Source: Stegostoma tigrinum (taxonomy: Eukaryota). Taken from it: a stretch of DNA of 64,000 bases. This document shows, one piece after another, positions 52,087 to 64,000 of the stretch (within the stretch, counting starts at the first letter, position 1; the number at the start of each line of letters is the position of its first letter). A program made the translations under genes and the position numbers. The stretch spans positions 32,675,979 to 32,739,978 of the forward strand of contig NC_081358.1 of the NCBI RefSeq assembly GCF_030684315.1. Direction: 5' to 3'. The notes below the pieces were generated by a model. It was not told the DNA's origin. It made no database searches and worked only from the letters and a program-made list of their open reading frames with translations.

Positions 52087-52947
52087 TTCTTTATTTCTTT
52101 CTTTTGATACTTAAATACAAACTGAAGTGAATACAAAAGGACCCTGACGCCCATTTATTCTCATTAGCATTCCTTGATTGACAAGCTTGGCCACCGTGTG
52201 ATATAACTACAATTCTGATTGATCAATTATGCCATCAATCTGTCTTTGTCTACAGCTACTTTTGGTAATTTTTGGAAGATCACTGCTGACCCCCCTACCA
52301 ATGTGTTTGGGAACCTAGAACACAGAGTCCCCATGAAGTGGCAGGCTGTGTCAATAGAAAATACTGAATGAACTAAGGATGATTAATCATAACATTCAGG
52401 AGCCCCTTTAGTGCTGAATGGCTTGCTGCAAATTGTTTGTGGTGGCCTCATTGGAAAATATTTTACTTGAGCAATTCTCTGTGATATTCACAAGCTACTT
52501 TACAAAACAAAAGTGGTGTATTAACAGGCGATTTCAGTTTGATTACAAATCAATATTGTTGTTTTTCATGCTTTAGTCAGTGCCTTGGAATTAACCAGTC
52601 TGTGTTTAAAGAAATAAAAACAAATTCTTTAGCACTACAGGCATAGAAGAAAATATAAATTGCAGAAAATGAACCATACGTGCACACTCAACAAGAACTT
52701 GTGTTTATGTGATAGAATATCTCAAGGCACTAATTTTCCACTGCATTTCCCTGCAGCCTCTGGGACTCAACATCAGGTTCAGTGACTTTAGAGCCTGATT
52801 CCGTCCTTCCATGTTTTAAACCCTCCCCCACACCCAGGCCTGTTATGACATGGACTGCTTTAAGCGCAGATTACCTATTTCCACCCACTCTCTGGTCTAT
52901 TATCACATTATACAGTTTGCTTACAGCGCAAACCATTTTATGCTATG

Positions 52948-53120
52948 TAGGAGCAAATTACAGCAGATCCTGGAATCTGTACTGCAAATAACAAATGCTG
53001 GAAATCACAGCGGGTAGGACAACATCCATGGAGATACAGCAAGCTCCTCCGCTCTGAAGAGTCATCTGTACTCAAAACATTAGTTTGCTGCCTTTCCATG
53101 GATGTTGTCTGACTCGCCAT
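52948..53120. mobile_element. Miniature palindromic PLE-derived element (family D, or diverged B)
   Basis: Inverted segments 53018-53045 and 53082-53109 around a degenerate hammerhead (TGAAGAGTCATCTGTACTCAAAACATT); tail-like GCAGATCCTGGAATC on the left. Confidence 0.6.
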
Positions 53121-53318
53121 TCTCTGCTACCCTCAGCACTCATTGTCACTTCTTCAGCTTCTGTCCTGATCTGCCATCCATAATCTTCTTGTTCAGCTAC
53201 CAGTTTCCGATCTCTCTCTGAGCTCCACTACCACCTATTTGCTCATTTCCCTTCCCCCTCCACTCCCCTTCCCCAACCTCATTGTCAGTATAAATACTGG
53301 CTTCTCCTCACTGCTGCT

Positions 53319-53422
53319 AGCTCTGATGAAGAGTCATTCGACTCGAAATGTTAACTCTGCTTTCTCTCCACAGATGCTGCCACATCCAGTGAGTTACTCC
53401 AACAATTTTGTTTTTTTTTCAA
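53319..53422 (+). mobile_element. Family B PLE terminal repeat with hammerhead motif
   Basis: CTGATGA(53323)-A-GAGTC ATTC GACTC-GAAA-TGTT-AACT; perfect stem II differing in sequence from other copies. Confidence 0.75.
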
Positions 53423-53426
53423 ATCT

Positions 53427-53910
53427 GGGCGGCCTGATGTCTCAGTGGTTAGCATTGCTGCCTCACAGCAAGAGGGACCAGAGTTTGATTCCAGCCTTGA
53501 GCGACTGTCTATGTGGTGTTTGCATGTTCGCCCTGTGTTTGTGTGGGTTTCCTCGTACAGTCCAAAGATGAGCAGGTTGGGTGGATTGGCCATGGTAAAT
53601 GAGGGGTAGATAGTCATAGAATTATACAGCACGGAAACAGACCCTTAGGTCCGCCCAGTCCATGCTTAACAAAATCCCAAACTAAAGCAGTCCCACCTGC
53701 CTGCTCCTGGCCCATATCGCTCCAAACCTTTCCTATTCATACATCCATCCAAATGCCTTTTAAACATTGTGACGGTGCCCACATCTACCATTCCCTCAGG
53801 AAGTTCATTCCACACATGAACCACCATCTGGGTGGGATGCTCTTTGGAGGGTTGGTATGGACTTGATGGGCTGAATGGCCTGCTTCCACGGTGATGGGAT
53901 TCTATATTCT
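53427..53910 (+). mobile_element. HE1-type V-SINE interrupted by an antisense CR1 tail (53610-53830)
   Basis: GGGCGGC..CTCAGTGGTTAGCATTGCTGCCTCACAG head; tail resumes near 53830. Confidence 0.75.
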
Positions 53911-54154
53911 ATGTCCAGCATTCACAGTTCTTTGTTTAGAGGAGAGTTATAAGCTAAAATTTGGTATTGAATGCATTGCAGACGTAGGTTATAAGATGTA
54001 TTTTAAAAGCAGAAAGAAAGATCTGGAATGTTACGGACAGATTCCAGAACCTGAGGCCCAGCTGACTGTGAAGGTCTTGTCACCAGTATTCCCTCCAATT
54101 CCTTTTCTGGCTATGCAGGCTGCTGAAGTCCTGTGCTTGGCAAAAGCTTGTGGA

Positions 54155-54158
<4 letters not shown>

Positions 54159-54226
<68 letters not shown>
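54159..54226. repeat. (TG)n microsatellite
   Basis: About 34 TG units. Confidence 0.97.
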
Positions 54227-54229
<3 letters not shown>

Positions 54230-54974
54230 TCACACGTGGTTGTCAACAATGCTGGCATATTAACATCGGGAAGCTCCAAGAACCCAGAATTCAAGGAGAG
54301 CAGGAGATTCAGAGGACTGGTTGTGGGGTTGGAGGAGATTCAAAAAGAAGGAGGGGCCAGGCAGTGGAGGGATTTGAAGATGAGGATTCGAATCTTAAAA
54401 TTGTGATTGCTGAACTGGGAGCCAGTGTTGTTACAAAAACAGAGGAGTGTGGTGAGAGTAAGAAGACAAGCTTATTCCAACCCTAACAGCTCACAGTATG
54501 TCAAAGTTTTTTTTTACATCTTCCTTGGTTCTTACTTTAAATTACTTTACTTTAAATCTCTGGCTCCTCATTGTTTTCTCCTTTATAAACAGGAGCAGCT
54601 CCTCCCTATCTATGTTGTCCAGCTGCTTATGATTTTGAAAATCTCTGTCAGACCTTCTCCTAGCCATTGACTCTTCAAAGAGAACTGTTCCAACTTCTCC
54701 AATCAATCCTCATCACTGATGTTTCTCATTCCTAGATGAATCCAGATGGACTTTTTTGAAAATCAGCAGTTTCAATACTGATGCTATGTTTTTCCTGTAG
54801 TATTTAATTAATTTTCTAGATGCTGTGGCACAATTTTAATAATGTGTCTCTGGATCATTAGACCTTTGGCTTTGCTGTACACATACATAGTATGCAACTG
54901 AGATCTTTTAAAGTGTCAATTTTCAACAGAATCAAAATAAGAACTTCTTTTTGGGCACAGACAATGTAGAGGTA

Positions 54975-55610
54975 CTGTTTATTCTTGCTGGCATCGGTTG
55001 TAGCATTGAGTATAAGAGCAAGGAGATAATGTTGACTTGTACAGAGCATTGGTTAGGCCACACCTGGAGTACTGTGTGTAGCTCTGGTCACCTCACTATA
55101 GAAAGGATGAGATAGCATGAGAGGGGGTACAGAGGAGATTCACAAGGATGTTGCCTGGGATGGAGAAATTGAGCCAGAAGGAGATACTAGATAGACTTGG
55201 ATTGTTTTCTTTAGAGCAGAGAAGACTGAGGGGTTTACATGAATGAGGTGTATAAGATTATGAGGGATATGGACAGGTCGAATAGGGAGCAGTTGTTTCT
55301 CTGGGATGAGGGGTCAATCATGAGACAGTATAGGTTTAGGGTAAGGGGCAGGAGATGCAACGGGCATTTGGGAATAAGCCTCACTCAATGGGGAGTGGGA
55401 ATCTGGAATACCATGCCTGGGGAAGGGAATGGAGGCTGGAAATCTTACAACCTTTAAAACATACTTGGATGAGTACTTCAAATATTGTAACATTCAATGA
55501 TATGGGATAAATGCAGCAAACTGGGATTAGCACCACCTTTTGTGGTGGTTATGTCAGTGTGGACTCGATTGGCTGAAGGGCCTTTTCTGTGCTGTATGAA
55601 TCTATGACTC
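54975..55610 (+). mobile_element. CR1-type LINE 3' fragment
   Basis: LYRALVRPHLEYCV..WSPHYRKD; tail ATGAATCTATGACTCT. Confidence 0.85.
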
Positions 55611-57119
55611 TCTTCTCAATACAGAAGCAGTGCTGTAATGGAAATAATAGCACTGGTATTTCAATGTCAGCAATATTTTCACTTTTTTTGTCTTACTTTG
55701 GTGTTATAATTTGTAACTTATCTCTTATGAATGATACTTGGTGTTTAGTTTTGTTTGTGCTTTTCCAAAAGCTTGGACTTGTTGCAGTATTAAGTAGCCA
55801 CTCTGCTGTTGTCCCATATTCTGCATTAATGTTGAACAATCACATAATTTAATACTACTTTCTCAATGTTGTAACTAGGTGAGCTACTTGTAGTGCGGGT
55901 CAGAATCGATAGTTCTGTGTGGTATTGAGAGTTCACTTCTATTTGTTTTTGTCTCTGTACGACTTGGTGTAAACCTTTTACCATGTTTTGCCAGCTATGC
56001 TCGTTGAATATTCATTTCTATTTAATAAACCTGTTACATTTTTACATATTATTTTAAAATATTTATGTTTTAACCAAAAGAAAATATCCTCCCGTACTGT
56101 TTTAGTGAACTTCATTTTGTTGTAGATGCGTTTACAATGATGATTATTTGTTGTGTACATCTATTTAATTTTTGTTAAAGCATGAAGATTTTTCAGCAGT
56201 GCTTCCATCTCCTTGCTTTTGAAGCAACTTTCCCTGGAAAAATTTGTCTTGTCTAAAAGTTTAATTTAATTAATTGAATTTAAAATTTTCTGTCTGCTCT
56301 GGTGCAATGTCAACAATATCTCTGGATCCTTAGATCTTTTGTTTATTAGTCAAGTAACCTGACCACTTTGCTCCAGTCTATGACGGAAATCTTTTAAAGC
56401 ATCAAGTTTCACTTATTAATTACTTCGTCCTGCAGTGCTAGTTCTGCTTGCCAAAAGTGGCCCATAAGGCACTTGCATTCCATGCCCTGCTCCAACCCAG
56501 AGAGTCGGGCTTCTTACTCCTTTAAAGTTTTGGAACATGTTGTGACCATTTTGGCTCCATGACCTGTAATCACTTACTGGGTAAAATGGCATGGCAAACA
56601 AACACCAGCTAATCTGAAGGAAACATCTTAGGGAACCCGATACAAGATGGTTCAATTCGTCTTTCGCCCCGTGCCGTGTTTGGTTGGCCGATTAGCATAC
56701 CATTTATTTCCCCTCTTTCCATGGGGCACTGTTGTCTCAGTGTCTCTCACATTAGTTCAACCTTCTAGAGAACTAAGATTGCATTTTTAGAGAGAAGATT
56801 GTAACTTGAAGGCATGACGAGCCACTTTATGCATCATATCATTGTCAATTGCTCCTGTGTGTGGATGTTTGTCATTTACCAAGGTAAATGTGTTTTTGAG
56901 ACATGTTGTCCACTGAAGGGGAACACCATTTGAGTTTGATAGACTTTCTTTGTTCAAAGAATAGGAGAGGAGGTTGAAGAATTTTATGCCTCTGAGAACA
57001 CTGAGAAGCTTTACGTGATAATGTTATATAATAGAACATAAAGGAAATAGCTCAACTAAAAATAGTTAGAAAGGTACAATACATGTATGATGATATTTAT
57101 AACATTATGTTTCTGTTAA

Positions 57120-57880
57120 ACATGACATTGGTGGGACCACATCTGGTGTAATGTGTGTAATGCTGATCTCCTAATTTAGGGAAGTATGTTGGAGGCAGGT
57201 GAGAGAATGCTTACCAGACCAGTACCTGGATTATTTTATGAGGGATTGTTGGATAGGCTTAGCTTTTATCCGTTGGGGCTTAGAGGAGCAGGAGGTGTGA
57301 AACAAAAAACAGAAATTGCTGATGAACCTCAGCAGCTGTCTGGCACTAGTGGGAAGAAAGCAGAGTTAACATCTTGAGTCAGGTGACTCTTCATCAGAAC
57401 ACAGTTAATTCTGCTTCCCCCCCCACCGATGCTGCCAGTCCTGCAGGGTTTCACCACAATTTCTGTTTTTGTTTCAGATTTCCAGCATCTGCAGTTCTTT
57501 GTCATATGACACAGGAGTAGGAGGTGACTTGACTGAAACATATAATATCTGAAATGTTTTATCAGGGTACATGTGGAAAAGGATGCCGTCATGAGTGGGA
57601 GAATCTAGAACCAGCAATCATTGCCTAAAAGTAAGGGATGAACCATGTGGGACAAAGAGATAAAAGATTTAATTTTCTCAGGAGGTGAAGATCTTTGGAG
57701 CTATGCCTGCGCTGTCTTTTGAATGTTTTTAAGGTAGAGGCAGACAGACCATTGACAAACCAGGGGGCGAACAGTTATTGAGAAGAGGCAGAACGTGGAA
57801 TAATTGGATCAGCCTTGATCTGACTGAATAGCAAAGCAGGCTTGATGAGTCAAACAGTGTACTCCTACTAACACTCATAC
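57120..57880 (+). mobile_element. CR1-type LINE 3' fragment, interrupted by a family B palindrome
   Basis: Degraded CR1 coding and tail on both sides of 57298-57512. Confidence 0.65.
57298..57512. mobile_element. Miniature palindromic family B element
   Basis: Left arm TGAAACAAAAAACAGAAATTG.. inverted to ..CAATTTCTGTTTTTGTTTCA plus tail; minus-strand hammerhead ~57363-57400; flanking AGGAGCAGGAGGTG / AGGAGTAGGAGGTG. Confidence 0.8.
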
Positions 57881-57939
57881 TTCACAAATGAACTTTTGGA
57901 CTTTCACGTGGTTTTAAGACAGCTATGGCTTAATTTAAT

Positions 57940-58080
57940 GTGGAGATGCTGGTGTTGAACTGGAGTAGAGAAAGTCAGAAGTCACACTACACTGGGTTAT
58001 AGTCCAACGGGCTTATTTGAAATCACTAGCTTTCAAATAAACCTGTTGGAGAATAACTGGTGTCATGTGACTTCTGACTT
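57940..58080. mobile_element. Miniature palindromic family C element
   Basis: AAAGTCAGAAGTCACA.. inverted to ..TGTGACTTCTGACTTT; ~30-nt tail on the left; flanks TGGCTTAATT / TGGCTTAACT. Confidence 0.7.
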
Positions 58081-59844
58081 TGGCTTAACTGAGGAACAAA
58101 ATTTTAGTATTGTACTAAAAGGGGCTTATGTATCTTTGTAGATTTTTAAGGAACCATATTTTATCGTCCTCACTTTTGCAGTACCAGCGCTGCTTTTCTG
58201 GAATACAAAGTAGTCCTGGGATATATGTGTGCCTCAGATTGTTCGCCCAATACAACATTGTGATGACGACAGCTTGCGTTGATACCGTCTCCAATGTTAT
58301 ATACTGGTGCCTGCGCATGGAGCACTGATCAAGTGATTTCTTGTGATAGCACTTTGACCATGTAGACATCTGGTTGTGGTGAGAATCATCAAAGTGGTGC
58401 ATTTTTAACTCGGAGTAATGGACTGATAATCCTGCTCAATAAAAATGCATCATTTCTTTTGTACTTCTTTCTGAATTGTTTAAAGGACTTTTGGGAGGAA
58501 CCAAAAGTTAAAACTCACATAAAGGCACAAGGCAAAAGCAAATGAATGTATGGCTCAATTATGCACTTTCATTGCCCGAAAGAAAGCGCATCAATTCAAT
58601 TGCAATTGTAAAGTCCTTCCATTAGAAGTTTATTTTAATGAGTTTCGGCTTTTTGTCTGTTTTTGTTCTTTAATTGATGCTGGTCAGTTAGAGCGTTATC
58701 CAGTACAGACACAAGACAGATTGTCCAGCCTCACAACCATTGTGAAGAGCTGATAGAGTGAAATGGACCGTATGGTTCAAAACTGAGCAAGATATTTAGC
58801 GCCAATAAATAAAGCTTTAATTCGATTGTTCAGTATGTGTTAGTGAAAGGCTTTTGATTAGCATGAATCTTGGCCTTTTTGAGGCCTGTGAACCTAAACG
58901 TTGCTCATTGCCCAGTGCCTCAAAGGGTAGTCAAACAGATAAAAATCTGTCAGACATGTAACAATCTGTCCCAACTAATGAAAACAACTTTTGTCAATTG
59001 CGTGCATTAAATTTTGTTGCCCCTTTTTCTCCTCTTGCCGAGTGGATGCATTTTCTGAGTGCTTTTTATGGTCTGTCTTTATTTTTAGAATTTTCTGCAG
59101 GTTTGCATTTCTGTTTTGTGATCTTCTTTTAAAGGGATTTATTCATATTGCCATGCAATATATCAATCTATATGAAACTGCATCAATTTCTTGAAACATA
59201 TTTTAATTTTAGTTTTTAAAAAATTCATTGAGCTTTGCAAATATGTTATAGTGAAGATTATCTATTCTGTCCGGCTGTATTTCATGCAAAGTTATTAGCA
59301 ATTTGATGTGTTTCAGACCAAACTTTGCAGATTGTAAGCACACTGAAGTGGTTTCTTTCCATGTTTCTGACAAAGCGCTGATGTTTGGTTTGAGATTCTG
59401 CAGAAGAACACGAGCAGGCAGCAAAAGCTGCGTGTTGTCAGTTCACAAATCTTCACACGGCACATGATAAAACTTCAATCCCCTTCACACCACAGAAATG
59501 CTGTTGCAGTGCTAAAGTTTACTGTTATCTCTGCAACTTTTCCCAACCAAAAAAACTAATTGAAAAGAAAACAAAACAAAACACTCTTCAACACCTTTAG
59601 CACAGTCAACAAGCTGTTGATTTTAAAGCAATTTATAGCGCTGGATCTGTTTTATAAATTCCAAGTTTTTTTGTGAATGCTTTGCTTTTCTTGACTCATT
59701 TAAGAAATTTGATGCTATTTTGTATTTTACAATTGGTCATGCTTCCCTTTCTTGGACATGAACCAGCTAAAGTGTTCCGATGAACACTATATACAAAATC
59801 CTATCATGTGCGATCTGATTTAGTGTGAATATTTCAGGGTAAAT

Positions 59845-60175
59845 GCTGAGATGATGTTTCCCCTCATGGGAGAGTTTAGGACCAGAGGGTGTAGTCTCAG
59901 AATAAAACAGTGCCATTTTAAGACTGAGATAAGGAGGAATTTCTGCAGTCAGAGGGTCGTGTGCCTTTGGAACTCATTGCCACAAAGATTATGCGGCAGA
60001 GTCCTTGTGTATTTTTAAGGCTGAGATAGATTCCTAATCAGCTGGGGAATCTAGGTTTACAGGGAAAGGGCAGGAAAGTGGATGTGAGGGATTTTAGGTC
60101 AGCCGTGATCCTACTGAGTGGTCTAGTAGATCTTGAATGGCCTCCTCCTGCTCCTATTTCTTTTGGTCTTGTGAT
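59845..60175 (+). mobile_element. CR1-type LINE 3' end
   Basis: AAGACTGAGATAAGGAGGAATTTC.. and tail CTCCTGCTCCTATTTCTT. Confidence 0.8.
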
Positions 60176-61343
60176 TTTTTTTTTCCAACTGAGTACATAT
60201 GCAATGTGTTTGATGATAGATTAGCAATTTTTTAATTGAATTGTTGATTGAGATGCTTTTCCAATCATTAGTTCTGATTATCAATAGAGTTGGTAACAGA
60301 TAAAATATCGTTTCCTGAATTTGCAACACTATTCTAAATCTGTTGGTAAAGAATCTTTTATAATTTTATTACATACAGCACAGAGGAAATTGCATTACAC
60401 TAGTTTAAAAGAATAGGTTTATGAAATAATGATTATACTTGTTTCCACCACTGAACGACAGCCCAGGTAATGTTTCTATTCCTGTTTGTATGTCTGTAAA
60501 TGATATATCTTAAACTCCAATGGACAGATTTCAGGAATCTTGGAACACAGCTCACAGCTCAAGGAAGAACCGAATATTGTATGTCGGACATCCTGGAATT
60601 TTTAAAGGATCTGTAAATAGGGAGATGGCACAATTGACTTTCTTTTAGAAAGACTGTTGTGCATTGTTTTATTTAGTCTTGTGTATTATTTTGACTGCTA
60701 TTGTTGAATCCACCACAGTTAGCTAACTGCGAGCAGAGATTTTGGAGCAAGTTTTTGGGAGTAGATTGTTCTGAAACTTCCTCAGTGTAATGGATGTTCC
60801 TTGCTGCAAACTGGAACCTGTTTATTTTGTAGCCACAGAACATCTACTGGGTTTTGAAAAGCTTTAAAGGAGAACTAAGTAATTGTAATATCATTCAATT
60901 AGCAAGGGAGAATTATGTGTTGTGGATTTGCTTCTTTGTGTCCCTGACTAAATGATAATGCATTGAAGATTTGTCAGACACAATTGTTTCTTCCTGAGCC
61001 CTCCTCAACTGTGTCTGTAGTTGGTGTGGTGGTTTTTGTTGGGATATATTTAAGTGTGAGTTGAGAATGGAAGAGGTGACTGATGAGTAAGCAGAGCAAT
61101 ATTACTGGACATTAATGTTTAAACAGCACACATTTTCCCTGCAACTGCTGTCCCATTCTGTGCTCCTAAACATTCTCCTAACTCATGTAGAAGTAATTGA
61201 ACATCTCATCAATCAGCAGATCCCAACTCCAAAAATTGTAGAAGAGAGTCAAAAACATTAACAAGAAACACGGCCCCCAACACGGCATGTTTGTACCTGG
61301 TACCTTTGACACCAAACCCCTTGTTCTGGTTTATAAGAAATCT

Positions 61344-61665
61344 GGGCAGTACGGTGGCTCAGTGGTTAGCACTGCTGCCTCACAGCACCAGGAACCCCGG
61401 TTCGATCCCACCCTCGGGCGATTGTCTGGGTGGAGTTTGCACATTCTCCCAGTGTCTGTGTGGGTTTCCTTTGGGTGCTCGGGTTTCCTCCTACAATCCA
61501 AAGATGTGCAGGCTAGGTGGATTGGCCATGTTAAATTGCTTATAGTATTCAGGGATGTGTAGATTAGGTGGGTTTATAGGGGGAATGGGTTTGGGTGGGT
61601 GCTCTGGGGGTCAGTGTGGATTTGTTGGGATGAAGGGCCTGTTTCCACACTGTAGGGGTTCTATG
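61344..61665 (+). mobile_element. HE1-type V-SINE, near full length
   Basis: tRNA head (A box TGGCTCAGTGG, B box GGTTCGATCCC), V-domain GGAGTTTGCACATTCTCCC..GGGTTTCCTCC, CR1-like tail. Confidence 0.9.
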
Positions 61666-61694
61666 AAAATAGGGATTCTATGAAAATAGATACG

Positions 61695-62030
61695 TGAAGA
61701 ATTTTCCTGATGTTGGGGAAGTCCAGAGCTAGGGTTTATGGTCTTAGAGTAAGGAGAAGGCCATTCAGGACTGAGATGAGGAAGAATTTCTTCACTTGAA
61801 GAGCTGTGAACTTGTGGAATTCTCTCCCACAGAAGCTGTTGGGACCAGTTCATTAGGTATATTCAAGAGGGAGCTGGACATGGCCCTTGTGGCTGAAGGG
61901 ATCAAGGGAAATGGAGAGAGGGTGGGAATGGGATACTGAGATTACATGATCAACCATGATTGTGTTGAATGGTGGTGCAGGCTCAAAGGGCAGAATGGGC
62001 CTACCGCTACATCCATTTTCAATGTTACAG
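61695..62030 (+). mobile_element. CR1-type LINE 3' end
   Basis: GGACTGAGATGAGGAAGAATTTCTTCAC.. to CR1 tail. Confidence 0.8.
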
Positions 62031-62697
62031 GTTTGTGTTTTTTTGAAGTTATCGAGAGAACATGAGAAATTCAGCACTCGCATAGTTAAACGTGAGAATG
62101 AATGGGTGACTGCTTTCATCTCAAGTTTTTGTTTTACTTGTCCTGTCTATTGCAGTATCAGTTGCCTGGCAGTCATGTAGTTCCACTCATATTCAGAAAG
62201 ATGTCTTTCAAACAGCCCCTGTAGACATTAATTTGACAAACAATTTCTCTTGATTCTTTAGGCTAAGAAACAAAGACAAAATGGAATTATGATGCCATAA
62301 ACATGTCAAATGGAGCTCTAGTTTATTTTCTATTTTGTATTCTTAAAACAAATTAACCACATTCACTATTTATTTTCCGTTGTATATTACTGATTCTGCT
62401 ATGATGATCTAGGGAGAAAGCCTTGCCCAGTGAATCAGAAACTTGCAGGTTTGCTAGTAGCTTGCTGGTGAAAAGGTTACAAATCTTGCTTCTTATCCCT
62501 GGGTTCACAGGGTTGGACCCCAGGGCTACCTAAAGCTCAAATCCACCAGCCACATGTGTAATGAGGTTTGTCAGTGCTTGGCTGCATTGTTCAATGTGGC
62601 ACTTCATGGATGTAAAGTTTCTTCTCTGAAAAAGCGAGTTTATTAATCTTGCCCTGTGGCTCCTAAGCCTGCTGTTGCATTCCAAGCTTGGAGGGGA

Positions 62698-62771
62698 GTG
62701 TGCGTGTGTACGTGCGTGTGTGCGCGCGTGTGTGCGCGTGTCTGCGGCGGCATGGGTATGTGGGGGGGGGG

Positions 62772-62802
<31 letters not shown>
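62698..62802. repeat. Compound (GT)/(GC)/G-run microsatellite
   Basis: Seen directly. Confidence 0.9.
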
Positions 62803-62803
<1 letters not shown>

Positions 62804-63022
62804 GAGAGAAATCAGAGCTAACATTTTGGGCTGAGTGACCCTTCCTCAGAACTGGGTGAGGTATCATATGAGAGGCTCCTCATAGTTCTAAGGAAGGGTC
62901 ACTGGACCTGAAGTATTAATTCTGATTTCTCTCCACAGATATTGTCAGACCTACTGCGATTTTCCAGAAATTTCTGTTTTTGTTTCTGATTTATCGCATC
63001 CACAGTTCTTTTGGTTTTTATG
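62800..63022. mobile_element. Miniature palindromic family B element with two diverging degenerate hammerheads
   Basis: 62800-62853 inverted to 62885-62938; the right arm continues through the tail. Confidence 0.75.
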
Positions 63023-63098
63023 AAAAGATGATCAGTTTTCCCTTCTGTGGCAAGGAAGAAACGGAAACAAAATAAATAAAAACACATCTTAAATTCTT

Positions 63099-63319
63099 AG
63101 ATAACAAAGTGTGAAGCTGGATGAACACAGCAGGCCAAGCAGCATCTCAGGAGCACAAAAGCTGCCGTTTCGGGCCTAGACCCTTCATCCCTCTCTGATG
63201 AAGGGTCTAGGCCCGAAACATCAGCTTTTGTGCTCCTAAGATGCTGCTTGGCCTGCTGTGTTCATCCAGCTTCACACTTTGTTATCTTGGATTCTCCAGC
63301 ATCTGCAGTTCCCATTATC
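63099..63319. mobile_element. Miniature palindromic family A element
   Basis: 91-bp arms 63099-63189 and 63197-63287 (3 mismatches), 7-nt loop, tail to ~63319; TSD TCTTAAATTCTTAG / TCTTACATTCTTAG. Confidence 0.92.
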
Positions 63320-64000
63320 TCTTACATTCTTAGGTTTATTGACTACCCTTCTTGGCAGGCAGAATCATGGGTTTACATGGCAAATTGAACTCAAAGACAT
63401 TGTATTTCAAGAGAAACTTGTCAGCTAAGAATGCACCTTGCTGCTTACAATATAAAATGGCTACATAAACACAGGAAAGGAGTGTGTAGATCACTTACTC
63501 CATTATAGGCATGTACTGTGGGGTTTGGGGGTTGCAGAGAGAAATCAAAGTTCAGGTACTTATGGAATTTGCAGACATGCGTATATTTTACAGTCCTATG
63601 ATATGTTTATGCATTTTAATGAAATAAATAGTTCGACTATTGGGTTCTAAGATTAACCATCCTTTATCTGAAGTTGATCCTGTTTTTCTCACATATTTGT
63701 TACTGAATTTAAAATATGTCAAGGATTTGAATAAGATGGCACAGTTGAAAATTGACTACACAAATATTGGTTTAGATTTTTTCCAGCAAAATAGGAAACT
63801 ACAGGCAAGTCTGTTTTCAGATCAGATATCTGTCTTAGTGAGAACCTAATTAAAGGTATGGGAGTATCTCTCAATTAATAACAAGATTGGCTTCCTAACC
63901 ATTTAGAATCAGTGGGGTGGTAACTGAGTTGGGTGAGATGATGCGTGGGACTCATTTAGACTCCTCACAGCAACCAGACTGCCAGCTGGCCTGAGAGAGA

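Noticed and set aside
53891-54486. ORFs with poly(CV) or poly(HT) tracts
   Set aside because: These are translations of the (TG)n microsatellite.
61344-61420. tRNA-like sequence with A and B boxes
   Set aside because: It is the head of an HE1-type SINE, continuous with the V-domain and tail, not a tRNA gene.
63099-63319. Palindromic elements as DNA-transposon MITEs
   Set aside because: Arms are asymmetric, homologous to GIY-YIG PLE termini, contain hammerhead motifs and have 14-15 bp TSDs, all pointing to a retroelement origin.

Overview
This window looks like non-coding, repeat-rich vertebrate genomic DNA. It is almost certainly from a cartilaginous fish, inferred from HE1-type V-SINEs, abundant CR1-type LINE tails and Neptune-like Penelope elements. 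I can support no intact host protein-coding gene; the ORF-track ORFs are transposon fragments or low-complexity artefacts. Much of the window is decayed retroelements: CR1-type LINEs, a second non-LTR LINE family with a partner tRNA-SINE, Rex1/Babar-type LINEs, a Gypsy pol remnant, several TG..CA solo LTRs, and micro- and minisatellites. The most striking signal is a dense set of about 15 loci from 3-4 sequence families of Penelope-like (GIY-YIG) terminal-repeat elements carrying minimal type I hammerhead ribozyme motifs (CUGANGA-stem II-GAAA-NNUH). Many are inserted as asymmetric palindromes: two inverted arms, one carrying an extra ~31-35 nt tail, flanked by 14-15 bp target-site duplications. 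In two copies the arms carry different subfamily-diagnostic variants, suggesting two RNA templates per insertion. In at least three families the tail can fold back on a segment just downstream of the ribozyme. Boundaries of old repeats are approximate, and all family assignments were made by eye without database searches.
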